The position numbers and the translations under genes are program-made. A stretch of 64,000 bases of DNA, from contig NW_027192194.1 in assembly GCF_041956535.1 (NCBI RefSeq), forward strand, positions 612,545 to 676,544. The letters run 5' to 3'. This DNA is from Calcarisporiella thermophila CBS 279.70 (taxonomy: Eukaryota; Fungi; Calcarisporiellomycota). This document shows, one piece after another, positions 25,119 through 37,845 of this stretch. The notes below the pieces were generated by a model. That model had not been told where the DNA came from and ran no database searches. It saw only the letters and a program-made list of their open reading frames with translations. The first letter of the stretch is position 1; each line of letters begins with the position of its first letter.

Positions 25119-25492
25119 CACTATGGGGTAATGGCCGAGGGTCTTGGCGAAGAAAAACCGACTGTGACTTGCTTTCACGTGTCTTCGGAATTATTGGAGG
25201 TAATCATTAATAAGATAGTTTTAAGCCTCAATTTACAAACTTGACTGATTTAGAAATAGGTGTAATCATCACTATAGCATGCTAGAAGCTCTGCAGGGAG
25301 TTAGAGTATGTTCTGGTGTCTATCGTTGAAGAACACCCATGAGGGTCCACGCCAGTCCCCTTGAGAAGTTATTCGTCAGAATTCATTTATTCTGCACGGG
25401 AAATAAACACCATCATGTTTCCTGGTAGCATGGATATACTATCCAATTCGCATCTATTAGATCGCACTTTTATTACTATTGTTACAACAATA

Positions 25493-27356
25493 TTAACATC
25501 GTTTGACTCGAACCCATAGTGGGCGGTCGAACGGGAATGTGATGGATACACCATAGAGTGGGTGTGACGATTTTGACTCCTGCTCCAGAAATCGCGGAGA
25601 CAACTCAAATTCAAATCTGCTGAGAAGCTGCGTGGTTAATGTGAGGGATTCAAGAGTGGCAAAATTCATTCCCAGGCTTTCGGCAGGGAGCAAAATCACC
25701 AAGTCAGTTTGAGTGAGGCAAGATGTAGGGAGAAAGTAGGAGATTTTGGTTACCAGATTCGCGGCCCAGCGCTAAATACAGGGAACTTGAAGGGGGATTC
25801 CCTCCGCACCCCTTTGACATTTCCCCCTTCGTCTCTTTCCAGCCAACGTTCTGGCTTAAATTGCATCGCATCGTCGCCCCACAGTTTCTGCAGGCGGCCT
25901 ATCACATAGCTACTATAAGCAATCACATCACCCTTTTTTATCTCGGTGCCATCAGGTAGCAGGTCGTCCTCAACAGCAAAACGTCCATTCTTAGGCACCG
26001 AAGGATAGAGCCGAAGCGTCTCATTAAACACTGAGTTGCAGTAGTGGAGTGAGCGCAGGGTATCGTAGTCAATTTGGTCGGGATCAAACTGGAGGATTTC
26101 CTCGCGCATCTTTTGCTGGATGGCAGGGTGTTGCATGATGGCAAGATACTGCCAAGAAAGTTGTTGGGCGGTTGTGTCGCGCCCTTTAATTAAAGAGGGA
26201 AGATCGGTGGAGATGGTCAACACTATCCTTCCCTATTACCAATGCAGAGGAAATACTTACCGGCAACGAGAAAATTCACCATGATATCGCGCAGTTCCTT
26301 CTTATCCAGAGCCTGGCCCTCCTCATCACGATAGTCCAAAAACATATCCAGCAAATCCTTCTTCTCCCTGGGGCTGGAACGGTTACCCCTTCGCTCCGCA
26401 ATCATGTCATATATGAAGTTGTCGATAACCTTCATCGCCTCCCGCATTTTCCACCAGGATCCCGAAAAAAATTCGGTGATGAGATATAATGGGTTGCGAA
26501 ACCGATGCTCGAGTTTATGCTGCAGATAGTCGAATGCTGTTGGAAATGGCGCGGGTTCGGCGGGATTCTCCAGCAAGTTAAAATCGATGCTAAAGCTGAT
26601 TTTTCCAAAAGTGTCAAGAGTGAAGCGTAAAAAGAGGTCGTGAAGATCAATATCCCTCTGATTATCTGCAGCATCCTCAAGCAATTGAGCAACATGAGCA
26701 CTGCCCTCTCGAAAGATCCCGGTAATCATTTCGCGGAAAGCACGCACGTTGAAAATGGTCAATGCCTAAAATGAAAATGATATATATATAAAATCCAACA
26801 AATATATGGGCTTGGGCGAGCTTGGAAGAGATGGTAATTACTGTTTTTCGCTGTAGTTTCCAGTGGGCCCCATCCTAGCATGCTTAATAAAATAAGCCAA
26901 ATTTGCTCATGTACATATCATTCCATCCTTATTACTCACAATGATAAGAATTCCATCTCCGAACAACGGACTCAATCGGCTATAGAACAAATCTTTTTTC
27001 GTGTAATTCTGAAAATTTGTCTTTAGAACATGTTCCAAGTTCTCAAAATCGCTGATGAACACTATGCGCATGAAAGGCAATGTAACAGAATAGGTGGGGC
27101 CGTATAAATTATTTTCATCTTGGAGCAAATCATAATAACGGCGTTCATTCATCAGGCCAGTCATGGTGTTGCCGAGAAGCGGGAGGCCACGAGGCCCACG
27201 AAGTCGCCGCCCTTTGGTACGTGTTCCAATAGCACGGTCACGATATTTGACAAGCAAATAGACAACATAGGCTAAAATAAGGAATATCCAATATTGCCGT
27301 GATATGGCATTGCTAGAATAATACTTCCGATGAAGGGAAATGAAGAGAATTTTCAT
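25493..27356 (-). CDS. Cytochrome P450, CYP86/94/704-clan-like, probable fatty-acid hydroxylase; multi-exon
   Basis: N-terminal TM, GPRGLPLLGN, I-helix NFLVAG|RDTTAQ, ETLRLYP, FKPERW and heme motif FSAGPRIC|LG split by an intron. Confidence 0.92.
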
Positions 27357-28323
27357 CGTGAATGCGTGCTAATAATGGGAGGATAGGGTTCATCAGCGTG
27401 AAAAATTTCAGCGCCAAATTGGTGAAATACGGGTCAATTGGCTCAGGTCAGCTGCAATTCAAGCTGTAGGATTCCCGGTAGAATGACTCATCTCAGCATA
27501 TTAAGCTATGCAGTCGAAACTCCAAAAGCTATGTGAAAATGGCCTCTTATTCTCCTCTCCACGGCTTCACGAAGTATTCCTAGAAAAGGGGAGGCTGAAT
27601 CTCATGAATTTAATAAGTCCAAATAGAGAGCCATGTCTCAAACTGAGAATAACAGAGTCGTTGGAATAGCTTCACGCTACATGGTAGGCCAAGACACTAC
27701 ATGCCGGCAACCCATCAACACACAAACCACAGGTTTGTTAAAGGGAGAGTGCATTAAAGCACTTCTCTATTTTGTTACATCCAGCTGATTCACCGCCCTA
27801 CGATACAGGTTCAATTCCTAGAATTTGTTGCATCCACACTGGAGGAGAGCGAATGTGTAATAAAAGTTTTGATCAGAATATTGCCGAGAAGAAATCAGTT
27901 CAAGAGAGAAAAAGCCCGACATTGTGTGCACACTGTATTTAGATCGCTGAAGCACAAGTTACAGTATATAGGCATTGATAAAAGTTTACAAGCTCCTCTA
28001 GCGACTAAAGAAATTTGAATTGGTCCTTGAAGCAAAATCCCCTTTTGGTTGTGCATGAGTTTGACATAAATAGTCCAACCTATTCTCTCTACCTATATCT
28101 TTTCTTAGTCCAGCTGTGATCCTATGCATAGGGTTTCTGATTCACCTTAAAAATTCGCCGCCCAGTCAAAATGTAAATAGGAGCTAAAAATAAAGCACAG
28201 CCACTGGGTATCCATTTTGGGACGTGTAGTGATCTTGCGCTCAAAGGGTCTAATTGGAAGCTATATTTATGGAGCTAACCTTGCTCATGGGCCGAGAAGT
28301 CATTTAGATTTCTGACCTTTCTA

Positions 28324-29310
28324 ATGTCCACATTGCATGGAGTACTGGTAAATCTGCCTCAAAATGGCCAGGTCATTTATCAGGGTAGTGGTGTGGAGAT
28401 AGCATATCAGGTCGAGTCACAGGAGGGTGTAGCCATTTCCTCGATCGAGATCTCCCTCGCGGGCACTAATGGAGAGGAATTAAAACTTGTCAGCAATGCT
28501 CCCAAATCCCAGGGTAGTCATCGGCTGAGTACCAAATTACCCAATGACATGTCTACTGGGCATCACGATTTGCAGTTTCGTCAGATTTACACTCATAATA
28601 ACACAGCTACGACGGGGAGCCTCAATATCGAAGTAGTGGTCAGCAAGACATCTGACTCCCAGCCGGGCCCATCACCCACTTTGCCATCTTTATCCTCTGA
28701 AGTAACCCAACCCCCCACCTCAACGGTAACCGAGACTGCCTTCACTACTACGCCAACTACGGTGGAGCGCACTATCCTCTCCAAAAAAATCAAAACCAGT
28801 AAATTGACCTCCAAAAACCAGGTCTTCACGCTTGTGGTTACCGAATATCTCTCCATCACCGAGATGATAGCTTCTCCCGTCGTGGCTTCCATTTCACATC
28901 CTTCTTCAACTCAGACAAACTCAAATAAAATGCCTGCCCCATTAAGTAGTGGGGCCATTTTTGGAATTGCCTGCGGTGGACTATTTCTCCTCTCGGTTTT
29001 TTGTACCCTCCTCTGCCTGAGCCGGAGGGGGAGAAAGTCCAGGGCCCATCTCCCACTGAGGTTGGAGAGCACCAGGGATGAGTCCCTCTACTTCGGGACG
29101 AGTCCAATGAGAACACCACAATCCCGCCCCAGCCGCTGTTCGACAAGGTACTCAAATGGAGGTCGGAGAGCCTCTACCCCCAGTGGCGTTATGACACCGG
29201 TTAGCTTGTCTTCTACAAACTCCTCTTTACCACATTCTCTCAGCACAAAGGCCTCTATCCCCATACCCAGTTTTATTCCGGCAGCAGCGCCTCCTGGGCG
29301 CTCTCTTTAA
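28324..29310 (+). CDS. Type I membrane protein with Ig-like ectodomain and Ser/Thr-rich stalk; 5' exon unresolved
   Basis: 328-aa ORF with a Thr-rich stalk and TM LSSGAIFGIACGGLFLLSVFCTLLCL followed by RRGRK. A branch point and acceptor at about 28275-28307 suggest an upstream exon. Confidence 0.6.
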   Translation: MSTLHGVLVNLPQNGQVIYQGSGVEIAYQVESQEGVAISSIEISLAGTNGEELKLVSNAPKSQGSHRLSTKLPNDMSTGHHDLQFRQIYTHNNTATTGSLNIEVVVSKTSDSQPGPSPTLPSLSSEVTQPPTSTVTETAFTTTPTTVERTILSKKIKTSKLTSKNQVFTLVVTEYLSITEMIASPVVASISHPSSTQTNSNKMPAPLSSGAIFGIACGGLFLLSVFCTLLCLSRRGRKSRAHLPLRLESTRDESLYFGTSPMRTPQSRPSRCSTRYSNGGRRASTPSGVMTPVSLSSTNSSLPHSLSTKASIPIPSFIPAAAPPGRSL

Positions 29311-29565
29311 TTGTGTCAATTGATTTTGTAGTCCAATCCAATTCTTTCTATTTCGCCTGTATGATTGCTTAGTATCTCTCCATATTTATTAAAATGACCA
29401 ATCTAATGGCTTTCTGCTTGCTTACTGGCCGCGCCGCAATTGCCATTTTGGTATTGGATCATTTGGAGGCTTGAAAATGACCAAACAACTTTTTTAGGGT
29501 TGATACGTCTTCGAAAACAAGCTACGCTGCCTTTAGCTCCTCTCCTTAAAACATAAAGCTTATAG

Positions 29566-31696
29566 ATGCTATTGCCGTTCATTATATCCATTGTAGCCAC
29601 AGCTTCTAGTGTCTTGGGCTACGTTCCAGAGGCGCGCTTCGCTCAAGCATGTGCTATGCAGACCAATAAGATTTACTGCACGGGAGGGATGAAAATTGTT
29701 AGAAGTAATTGTTCTCTCATCATCTTTGCCATCGGTGGTGTCTTTCATTATTCCTAATGAACTTTGAAATGGATTAGACAACCACACATCCATCAATGAA
29801 GCAGTATATTTTGATCTTTCAACATCCTTTGACACGACTGTTCCGGAATTCCGGGATATTTCATCGCCTACCCTGCCCCGATTCGGTTGGGGATACGGGG
29901 CTTTCTTCAAAAATAAGTTCATCGTCTTTGGCGGCGGAAGTGATGCGATAGATCACTCAACCAGGATCTACACTTACACACCATCCACGGATAACTGGAG
30001 CAAATCTTTCATCGGACTCGTTCCTCCAAGCCGAGAAGGTGCCGTCGCCGCAACGAACGATAACTTGTTTTATTTTGGTGGGCTCCAGGATGATTTCGTT
30101 ATGGGGCGCCAAACGGTCTTCAAAGCATTTGACAAAATGTGGCGAATGAACTCGCTCTACCTGTGGGATACTCCCTTAGCCTCAATATTGTCAAATCAAG
30201 GGCCCGGGGTTCGATACGATCATGCCATGGTAGCGCTGGGAGATGACCGGCTATTAATCCTGGGAGGTCGCATGGAGAATGGAACTTTCGTAAACATGAA
30301 TAGCCTGTTCACCTTCGACACAACACTTCTCAAGTGGGAATCTGTGGTAAATTTCTATTTTCTCGCCCCTGTACAAGCGTGAAGATGACCCAAATTCTCT
30401 CCTTTTTAGTCGGTTCCAGGTAGTTCACCCGACCCCAGAATTGGTCATACAGCGGTGTACAAAAACACGACTAACCAGGTGATTGTCTACGGGGGGCTTC
30501 GCGACGTAAGTGTTGTCCTGAGCCTATCGCCTGGGATTGGATAAGCCATTCATTTCGCGTTTTGACTGCAATAGCTTAAGGGAACTCCCGCTTCTCCTGC
30601 CCTCATCATCCTCAATATTAACAACGGGACCTACAGCTGGAGCTCTCCCTCGGGCAACAACCTGGATAAGCCACGGTTTATGCACAGTGCTTTTCTGGTC
30701 GACAAGTACATGTTTGTGCTTTTTGGCGGAACCCGTACGTATGAAAGCCGCTCGGCTCGTATGCTCCGATAGTTGATTATGTTCCTTTTGGTAGAGTATG
30801 GCACCAACCCGCCTGGAGTGGTCCCCACCTCGTCGATCTTGGAGCTTCTTGATACGGACACCTGGAAGTGGACCACCAGCTACACTCCTCCTGCAAGCTT
30901 GGCCGGTAATAGCTCCAAGGGCGGCACCGGTTACATCACTGGTGCTGAGGGGGGCTTGAGCACGGGCGCCATTATTGGCATTGGGGTCGGCGCCGGGTTT
31001 CTTCTCATCGCAGGCGCCGCTATTGTGTTCATACTAATTCGGCGGAGAAAGACGCAAAGTCCGCCTCAGGCCGTGAGCGGAAACATGCAGTCGACGCAAC
31101 CACCTTACCCCGAGCACCCTCCATACGGTGCTGAGATTCCTCCCCCGCCCTATCCCCAGTACTCCCATCAGCCACCCTACCCGCAGCCGCCCTTGTCCCC
31201 ATCCTCTGCGCCCCACACACCTCTCCTCCAGCATCAACAGGTCCACATGCCCTCCCCACCATTATCGCAGCAGCAGCCCTTCAACCCTCCCCTGCCAAAC
31301 AATGGGTATCCTCAAGAATACCCTCCTATGCAGCAATATGCGAACGTGGCCCCCTACCAGGCGGGCATTGTTTATCCCCCTCACCCATCGCCCCCCCTTA
31401 ACACCTCTACTCTCGACGCTGCCCCCGTTTCTCCCGTCCAATCTTCCCCTGTACCGGCCGTCGCTGCCGCCCCTGTCGCTTTCCCCGTAGCGCCCAATGA
31501 GTCCGTCCTCCTACCCGGAGAGAAATTCCACGAGTCCCCGCAGGATACACTGCCCCCCATTCCGCCAACAAAGCGTTTCCCATATCTCAAGCCTGACGAG
31601 CTTACCGAATCGCAAGTCATGCAGAAGCCTGATGAGATTACGGAGGACGAGCCGGCTCGACCCCCGCCTACCCCCACCAAAGAAACTCCTCAATAA
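29566..31696 (+). CDS. Secreted kelch-repeat beta-propeller type I membrane protein with Pro-rich tail; multi-exon
   Basis: Signal peptide MLLPFIISIVATASSVLG; kelch GG motifs (IYCTGG, FIVFGGG, FYFGG, LILGG, IVYGG, MFVLFGG); TM LSTGAIIGIGVGAG...RRRK. Confidence 0.82.
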
Positions 31697-32563
31697 CTCT
31701 CTCACCAACTCAGTGGCTAATGTGAACTAGTCCCTTCTACCCCCTATTTATTGTCGTATTCCCCTTTTAGCTTTTTATTAATTTTTCCCTTCTTGTTCAC
31801 CCATAAACACATAATCCGGTCATTAAGAGACGCTGTATTGTATACCCCTGAGTAAAACCTCTAGTATATTTTAACTCTTTCTGCTTCTATTGCAATAAAT
31901 TGGGATATTCCCTCTCGGCTTACTTACCATGGCCCTTTTTTTTTCAGCCTTTCATCTTGGCATCTGGCATGGGCCTCTCTAAGCCCTTGGGTAGCGGTGG
32001 CCCTTCATTGGAGTCTCCCCGTCTCGTTTGAGAATAGAATCAGTCGCTCTGACAGGTTCTTGAAAAAAGCATAGGGCTTGATGACGTCACGCAAAAATGT
32101 TACCTGCGACAGACTAGAGATTTTCCTGGATTGACTCTGGGAGTCGTCGAAACTTTTTTTGCATTGAATCTGACCCTCACGTAGCATCCTCTTTTTTCTT
32201 TTTCTGCCTGTGTCCGGTTCCCGTTTCTTTCCAAAAAGTGTCTGGAAAGAGCCTTTTCAAATTGGTGTACCCACCACTGGTATTTGTGAGAATTTTTTTT
32301 TTCCGAGCAGCTTTTAGGGAGTAAGGTGTAAGGTAGCGGCCGCCAAATCCTAACCAGATCTCCAGCGAATGGCTGCCCAACTCTTTCCTTAACATTCAAT
32401 GCACCTAAAGTTATCTCGCTAGCTCCTTTGTCAATCTATTGTTTGTTTTATTGTTGTATTTGTACCTTGCCCTTCTTTCCTCCTCCCTCCACCTCCTAGA
32501 ATTTTTTGAAAAATTTGCAGCCCTCCTTAATTGGCCCATTCGCCATACTCTCCATTCATCCGT

Positions 32564-33774
32564 ATGGCGACCACAGCCCGCAGATTTTATCCCGCATACG
32601 AAATACGCTTCCGAAATAACGATCAGGATGTGGAGATAATTGAGATATCTCCGGACCGAATTTCACCTTCGGAAAGGCAGCTCCCGTCTGCATTTCATCG
32701 GCGCGATAAGTAGGCATTGAATGTTTCCATGGCTGTGTTCATTTCCATTCACTAACTGGTATTGCCCTCCATCCTCTCGTCAGAATTCCACGCAATAGTT
32801 TGTCACAAGGTTCTTCACCTTCCTCCCCGGATTCGCCCCTGGCTACGCCCTCCAATAGGGCCAGCAAGAGAGCTTCGCGGCAATCAATGCGTGACGGACG
32901 CAGCAGCCCCTATCCACGGCCCCTCTCTCTGTCTTTCCAAAAGCAGCCGCAAGACCAAGAGCGAGACCATGGGCAACCTCCGCTGGATGCTCAGCAAGGG
33001 AATCTAGGTGAGACCCCGGCTGAGCTCCAGGAGACGCCAGTCAAACCGCGCACTCTCTTTGCGGATCGAAACGACGACCATGGATCAGAGGAGCTCTTTT
33101 GGGGCAGCTCTGCAGATCAAGACCCGCACACCCCCCTTCCCCAGTCCTCTATACCCCCATCCCGCTCGGGTGATCTGCAGTCGGCCTCTTCTGCAGCCTA
33201 TGCCACGCCTCCTCGCGATCTTCTCTTCCACGACTGCCTGATCCCCTCGGGGGTGGCCAGAAGAATTCAAATCGATGACGACAACAAAGATGACTATCTC
33301 TTCACGCCGTGGGGCGTGTACGATGCAAAGCGCCTTTTACAGCGCTGGGAAAGTTTACCGCGGGCGCGCACATCGCCGTGGATAGAGCGGTTGACAGCGG
33401 ACGAGACCAAGTCTTGCCGTGAGGTGACAACCAACGGCGGGGTGATGGAGGAGGTGATGGGGAGGAGACGTGCATCATCGCTCCCGCCCCCCAACACAGG
33501 GTCCAACATGGTGCGGCTGGATATGTCGTCCTCGCTCGCCAAGGTGGAGGAGGCAGAGCCGGAGAAAGAGTTGTCTGCGGTGGACAAGGAGCCTCCGTTG
33601 AAGATGGAGAAGGCGCAGGCGCAACAGCTGCAGAGAATAAGTGCGAACACCACCCAGAGCGTCCAAATCGCTGCAGCGGAAGAATACGAGATGCATGAAT
33701 ACACTAGACGAGAGGACTCGGGTGCAAAGCGGAAAGACCCAAAGAAAATGACCGGCTGTTGTACGATTTTGTAA
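32564..33774 (+). CDS. Hypothetical disordered protein with C-terminal CaaX prenylation motif; 2 exons
   Basis: Exon 1 (MATTARRFYPAYEIRF...) splices in frame through gtaggc...tcag to the 32800 ORF. The protein ends KRKDPKKMTGCCTIL*. Confidence 0.7.
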
Positions 33775-34366
33775 AAATCGTTTCTTTTTTTTTCTTTCTT
33801 ATTCATGACGGGGCATGATGATTTTGGAAATCTTTCTTTCCCCTCTTTCTCAATAATGATGGCTTTTTTTTCCTTCTTCCCTCATTTTCTCAACCATGTT
33901 TGCGTTTCGCGTGTGTATGTCTACAATTTTGCTTATATATTATTTTCCTTTTCTTTTATTGCTTTATTCACATCTCTCTTTTTTTTTTAAAAAAATCTTC
34001 CATGACATTGAAGTTATATATATTCACACTATTTTTCATATTATTATTCTTTAATTATGGATATTTTTTTTTCTCTCTGCTTTGCTTATATAACTCCGCC
34101 ACAGCTATTTCTGGTTGGTTTTCTCCTTCTAAACCTTATTTTTCGAATGAATATCAGCGGAGTTTTTCCCCTCCTCCCTCCCCCTACTGCTACCTCTGCT
34201 TCTTTTTGTAGATTGAAGTCTATTTACAATATAGTTGCCTTGTTTCTCTCTCTCTTCGATGTCATCCCTTTTTTGTAGCCATGGTTTATTAGCTTCTCTC
34301 TATATTAAATATATATTTCTTCCAGTCTCGCCGGAACCCCAGTTCCCCTCCCCCGTCTTCACCTCC

Positions 34367-36176
34367 TTACAGTTTGGCAAAGCAGAGCGAGGCGTTGGTC
34401 CCGCCGAACCCGAATGAGTTGGTCAGAGCCGCCCGGATGGGCCGCTCCTGAGCCTTCAGTGGCACGTAGTTGAGATTGAACTCCTCGGGAGGGTCGCCAG
34501 GATGATGCAGATTAAGTGTAGGCGGTAGAATGCCCTTTAAATGAGAAGAATAAGGAACCGGAGAAATAGGTCAGCCCCAGCACAGTCACGGGTCAATAAA
34601 AAAATAAAGCTAAAGGTACTCGGATAGGCGGCACACTTACATGATGAAGGGCGAGAACTGTAAAGATGGCCTCGACACACCCAGCCGCCCCTAGAAGGTG
34701 GCCTATCGCGCCCTTGTTCGAGGAGACAGCCAGCTGGGTGGCATGCGCGCCGAAAACGCTCTTGATGGCCCGATTTTCAGCCAGATCCCCTAGATCCCCA
34801 ATGAAAAAAAAAAAAGGTGTCAGCAACCAATAGTGAGCATGGTCAAGAGAGGGGGGGGGGGCAAGCAACCCCCAACGGGCGCGGTTTCTTCCATTTAGTC
34901 ACCTTGCGGAGTCGAGGTGGCATGGGCGTTCACGTAACCAATCTCCTCCAGTCCCAAACCTGCATGCCCCAGGGCCCGTCTCATCGCCAGCGCAGCCCCA
35001 GACCCATCCGAAGGCGGTGCGGTCATGTGATGCGCATCTCCTGAGAGTCCATACCCTCGAATCTCGGCGTAGATTCGGGCGCCTCTCCGCTTGGCATGCT
35101 CGTACTCCTCTAGCACGACGGCACCGGCCCCTTCCCCAATGACAAAGCCCGAGCGGTCCCGATCAAAGGGCCGAGAGGAGGCCGAGGGGTTGTCGTTGAA
35201 GTTGCTCGCGAGCGATTTAGCCCTAGGATGCGGAGGGGATTGGGATAAGGAATGAGGATGAATGGGGAAAGATGCGCCATATTTTCTTAGAGAGTTACTT
35301 GCAGAACCCCGCCACCGCCAGTGGGTTGATGCTCGCCTCCGTTCCTCCGGCCACCATGACCTCTGCGTCGCCGAACTGAATGAACCGCATTGCATCTCCG
35401 ATGGAATGCGCACCCGTGGTGCACGCCGTTGACACGGCATGGTTCGGCCCCTATCAAGAAGAATGAGGGCTCTAGATTTCCAGCCACAGCCAATGGGGGG
35501 GGGGGGGTAAACGACCCCAACTCACCCTAAACCCATACTTAATGGTCAGGTGTCCAGCAGGCATGTTGACTAAAAGCCGTGGGACGTAAAACGGGCTCAC
35601 TCTGCGATACCCCTTTGATTTAGCGTTGGAGGTTTTGTTTTGAAGAGAGGTTAATAAAGCCAAAACTTTCAGGGTTCCCAAAGGTATTCAACCTGCGTTG
35701 ACAGCGCGTGGGACATATTCATCGTGTCTTCCAGAGAACCGATCCCGGAGCCGAAGCACACGCCCGTCCGCTCCTTCTCCTCGCTGCGGTCGGGAAACCA
35801 CTCCGCATCGGTCAAAGCTTGTTGAGCCGCACTTAGGGCGTATTGTGTAAATGGTGCCATGACGCGATCTTCCTAGGTAGACATATGTATTTCCTCGAGT
35901 CATTGTTTCGGACACAGCAAGGATTCGAGGATGACAAACCCCTTTCTCCAGCCACTCGGCCGAGTCAAACCCTCCGTCCTTAGCTTGGCCCCGCTGAACC
36001 ACCGCCCCTATCGTAACGGGAAGCGATTCGAACTCTTTCTCAGGGCGGCCGAGCAGGGAAACGATTCCGCACTCGCCCTTGATGAGCCGACTCCATGCAG
36101 TTTGAACCCCAGTACCCAAGGGGGTGACCAGACCAAGGCCCGTCACCACAACCCTTCGCAATCCTGGAGGGGCCAT
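34367..36176 (-). CDS. CEM1: Mitochondrial beta-ketoacyl-ACP synthase (FabF/OXSM type); multi-exon
   Basis: [29 protein letters not shown] (catalytic Cys), [28 protein letters not shown] and [12 protein letters not shown]. Confidence 0.95.
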
Positions 36177-36416
36177 TTATGCTCGCTTGTCGTTATTAAA
36201 AGGTTAACAAAAAAAAAGGATCAGTGGAATTAGGGCTCGTCAGGTTCTATTGCCACGTTCCATAGGTGTACGATATTGCGGAACAAGAAATTTATTCAAC
36301 CGTGTGACGGCTCAAAGTCAAAGCCACAAATCTGTTTACAAGAGAAGCAAAGGGGGGTTTTCGGTGAGAGAGACGCACGCAAAGATTCGATCCCTCGCAT
36401 TGATCCCGTCTTCAGC

Positions 36417-36878
36417 ATGCCGCTGGTCCACGATCTCTGTGCGCGCATTCAAAATGGGTTCCGCGCCCGCCTGCAGCACATTGCCATTCCAGACACCAAG
36501 ATGAATCTAGCCATCAGCAACATTCTCTACCGCGAGGGATTCGTCGGGGCGGTTGTCCGAGGAGACCACACTGGCCCCGATCCGAGCTACACCTCCACCA
36601 CCCCGGCCAACATTGCGACGCGCCGGCTATGGCTTACCCTGAAGTATAGGGATGAGCTCCCGGTCTTGTCGCGGATGCGATGCATTAGCAAGCCCAGCAA
36701 GCGGGTCATGCTTGGGGCCACCGAATTGAAGGATCTGGCGAGTGGCCGGCGGGCCAAGTTTGTGGAGCCGCTACAGTCGGGGGAGATAGCCATTGTCTCG
36801 ACCAACCGGGGGGTGATGGAGCTTCAGGAAGCGCTGCAGAAGAATGTTGGGGGCGAGATACTCTGCCGAGTCCGATGA
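36417..36878 (+). CDS. MRPS8: Mitochondrial ribosomal protein uS8m
   Basis: HDLCARIQN, ILYREGFV, RRLWLTLKYR, ISKPSKR, VSTNRGVME...GGEILCRV; intronless. Confidence 0.93.
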   Translation: MPLVHDLCARIQNGFRARLQHIAIPDTKMNLAISNILYREGFVGAVVRGDHTGPDPSYTSTTPANIATRRLWLTLKYRDELPVLSRMRCISKPSKRVMLGATELKDLASGRRAKFVEPLQSGEIAIVSTNRGVMELQEALQKNVGGEILCRVR

Positions 36879-37845
36879 ACCTTGCCCGCTTTGTCTATTT
36901 TGTTCTCCTTCCCGAACGGCCCCCACCCCCCTCTACCCCGTGCTTTGGAGGCGGGGGGCAGAGGCGGTGGATTTTTTTTTTCATTTTATTGTGCGGCTTC
37001 TTTTTTGGTTTAATACTTCGAGAAGGTTCAAATATATCTTTTTTCTCTTGTTCTCTCCCCTATGCTTCTGAGTTTCATTTCCTCCTCGGAACAATGAACG
37101 CTGTCCTTTATCGCACTTTATTGTCATTGCTTGTAGATTGTTATTCCCTTTTGTTCCAGCCCAAATAAATTCTAAATGCTTCCACACCACCACGGCGAGA
37201 GTACAGCGATCATGCATATCGGGAGGCGTCCTCGTTGCCTCGCTCATGTCGTTAGATGACATTAGCAGGGGCTGGTCGACGGCATTCGAGCCCGGGCGAG
37301 GGGCCGCCGAGCAGATGGGCCAATCTGGCGCGCGCTCTGCGCTTTAGCATTGCGACCGCCTTGCACGCACATCGCCCGTGGCCATGCTGCGGAGGAGGGC
37401 GGCGATCTGTATGGAACGTGCATGGGCTCGAGATCATTCGTCTCCCCATATTACGAAAATAAAAAGAACCGGCTACGCCAGGGGCGGCATGCCCCCTCCT
37501 CACCTAAGCTTCTTTCGCAGCACGCAGGCGGGTGTTAATGAAGTTATTTTCGTTTCTGGTGCAGCGTGCAGCATTATGCGCAGAGCAAGGGGGCGGGGGT
37601 GGGGCGAGGGGGCAAGGCCGGGCGAGGCATGATTTGCATCGGTGCGGCCGGCTCGCTGGGCGGCCGCTCTCATTGCTCGGGCGGGGGCGGGCCTCGGGGC
37701 CTCGACCCCGGCGGTTGGCTCGAGGGGAAAACAGCCGCAGGGGCGCTAAGCCGTAGGCGAGGGAAAATTCTCAGGAACCTTAAATCCCCCAGCGGCAATA
37801 TATCCAAAGCGGGCGCGCCGAACCTTGTTTTGCGCTGTTCTGTAA

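Noticed and set aside
27800-27825. tRNA T-arm/B-box-like AGGTTCAATTCCT
   Set aside because: Only 3 bp of T-stem; no acceptor stem, D-arm or anticodon arm can be built.
11180-36176. Possible secondary-metabolite cluster (Zn2Cys6 TF, metallo-beta-lactamase, P450, ketosynthase)
   Set aside because: The ketosynthase is a stand-alone mitochondrial Cem1 and the MBL is LACTB2-type. There is no PKS, NRPS or terpene backbone gene, and unrelated genes are interspersed.
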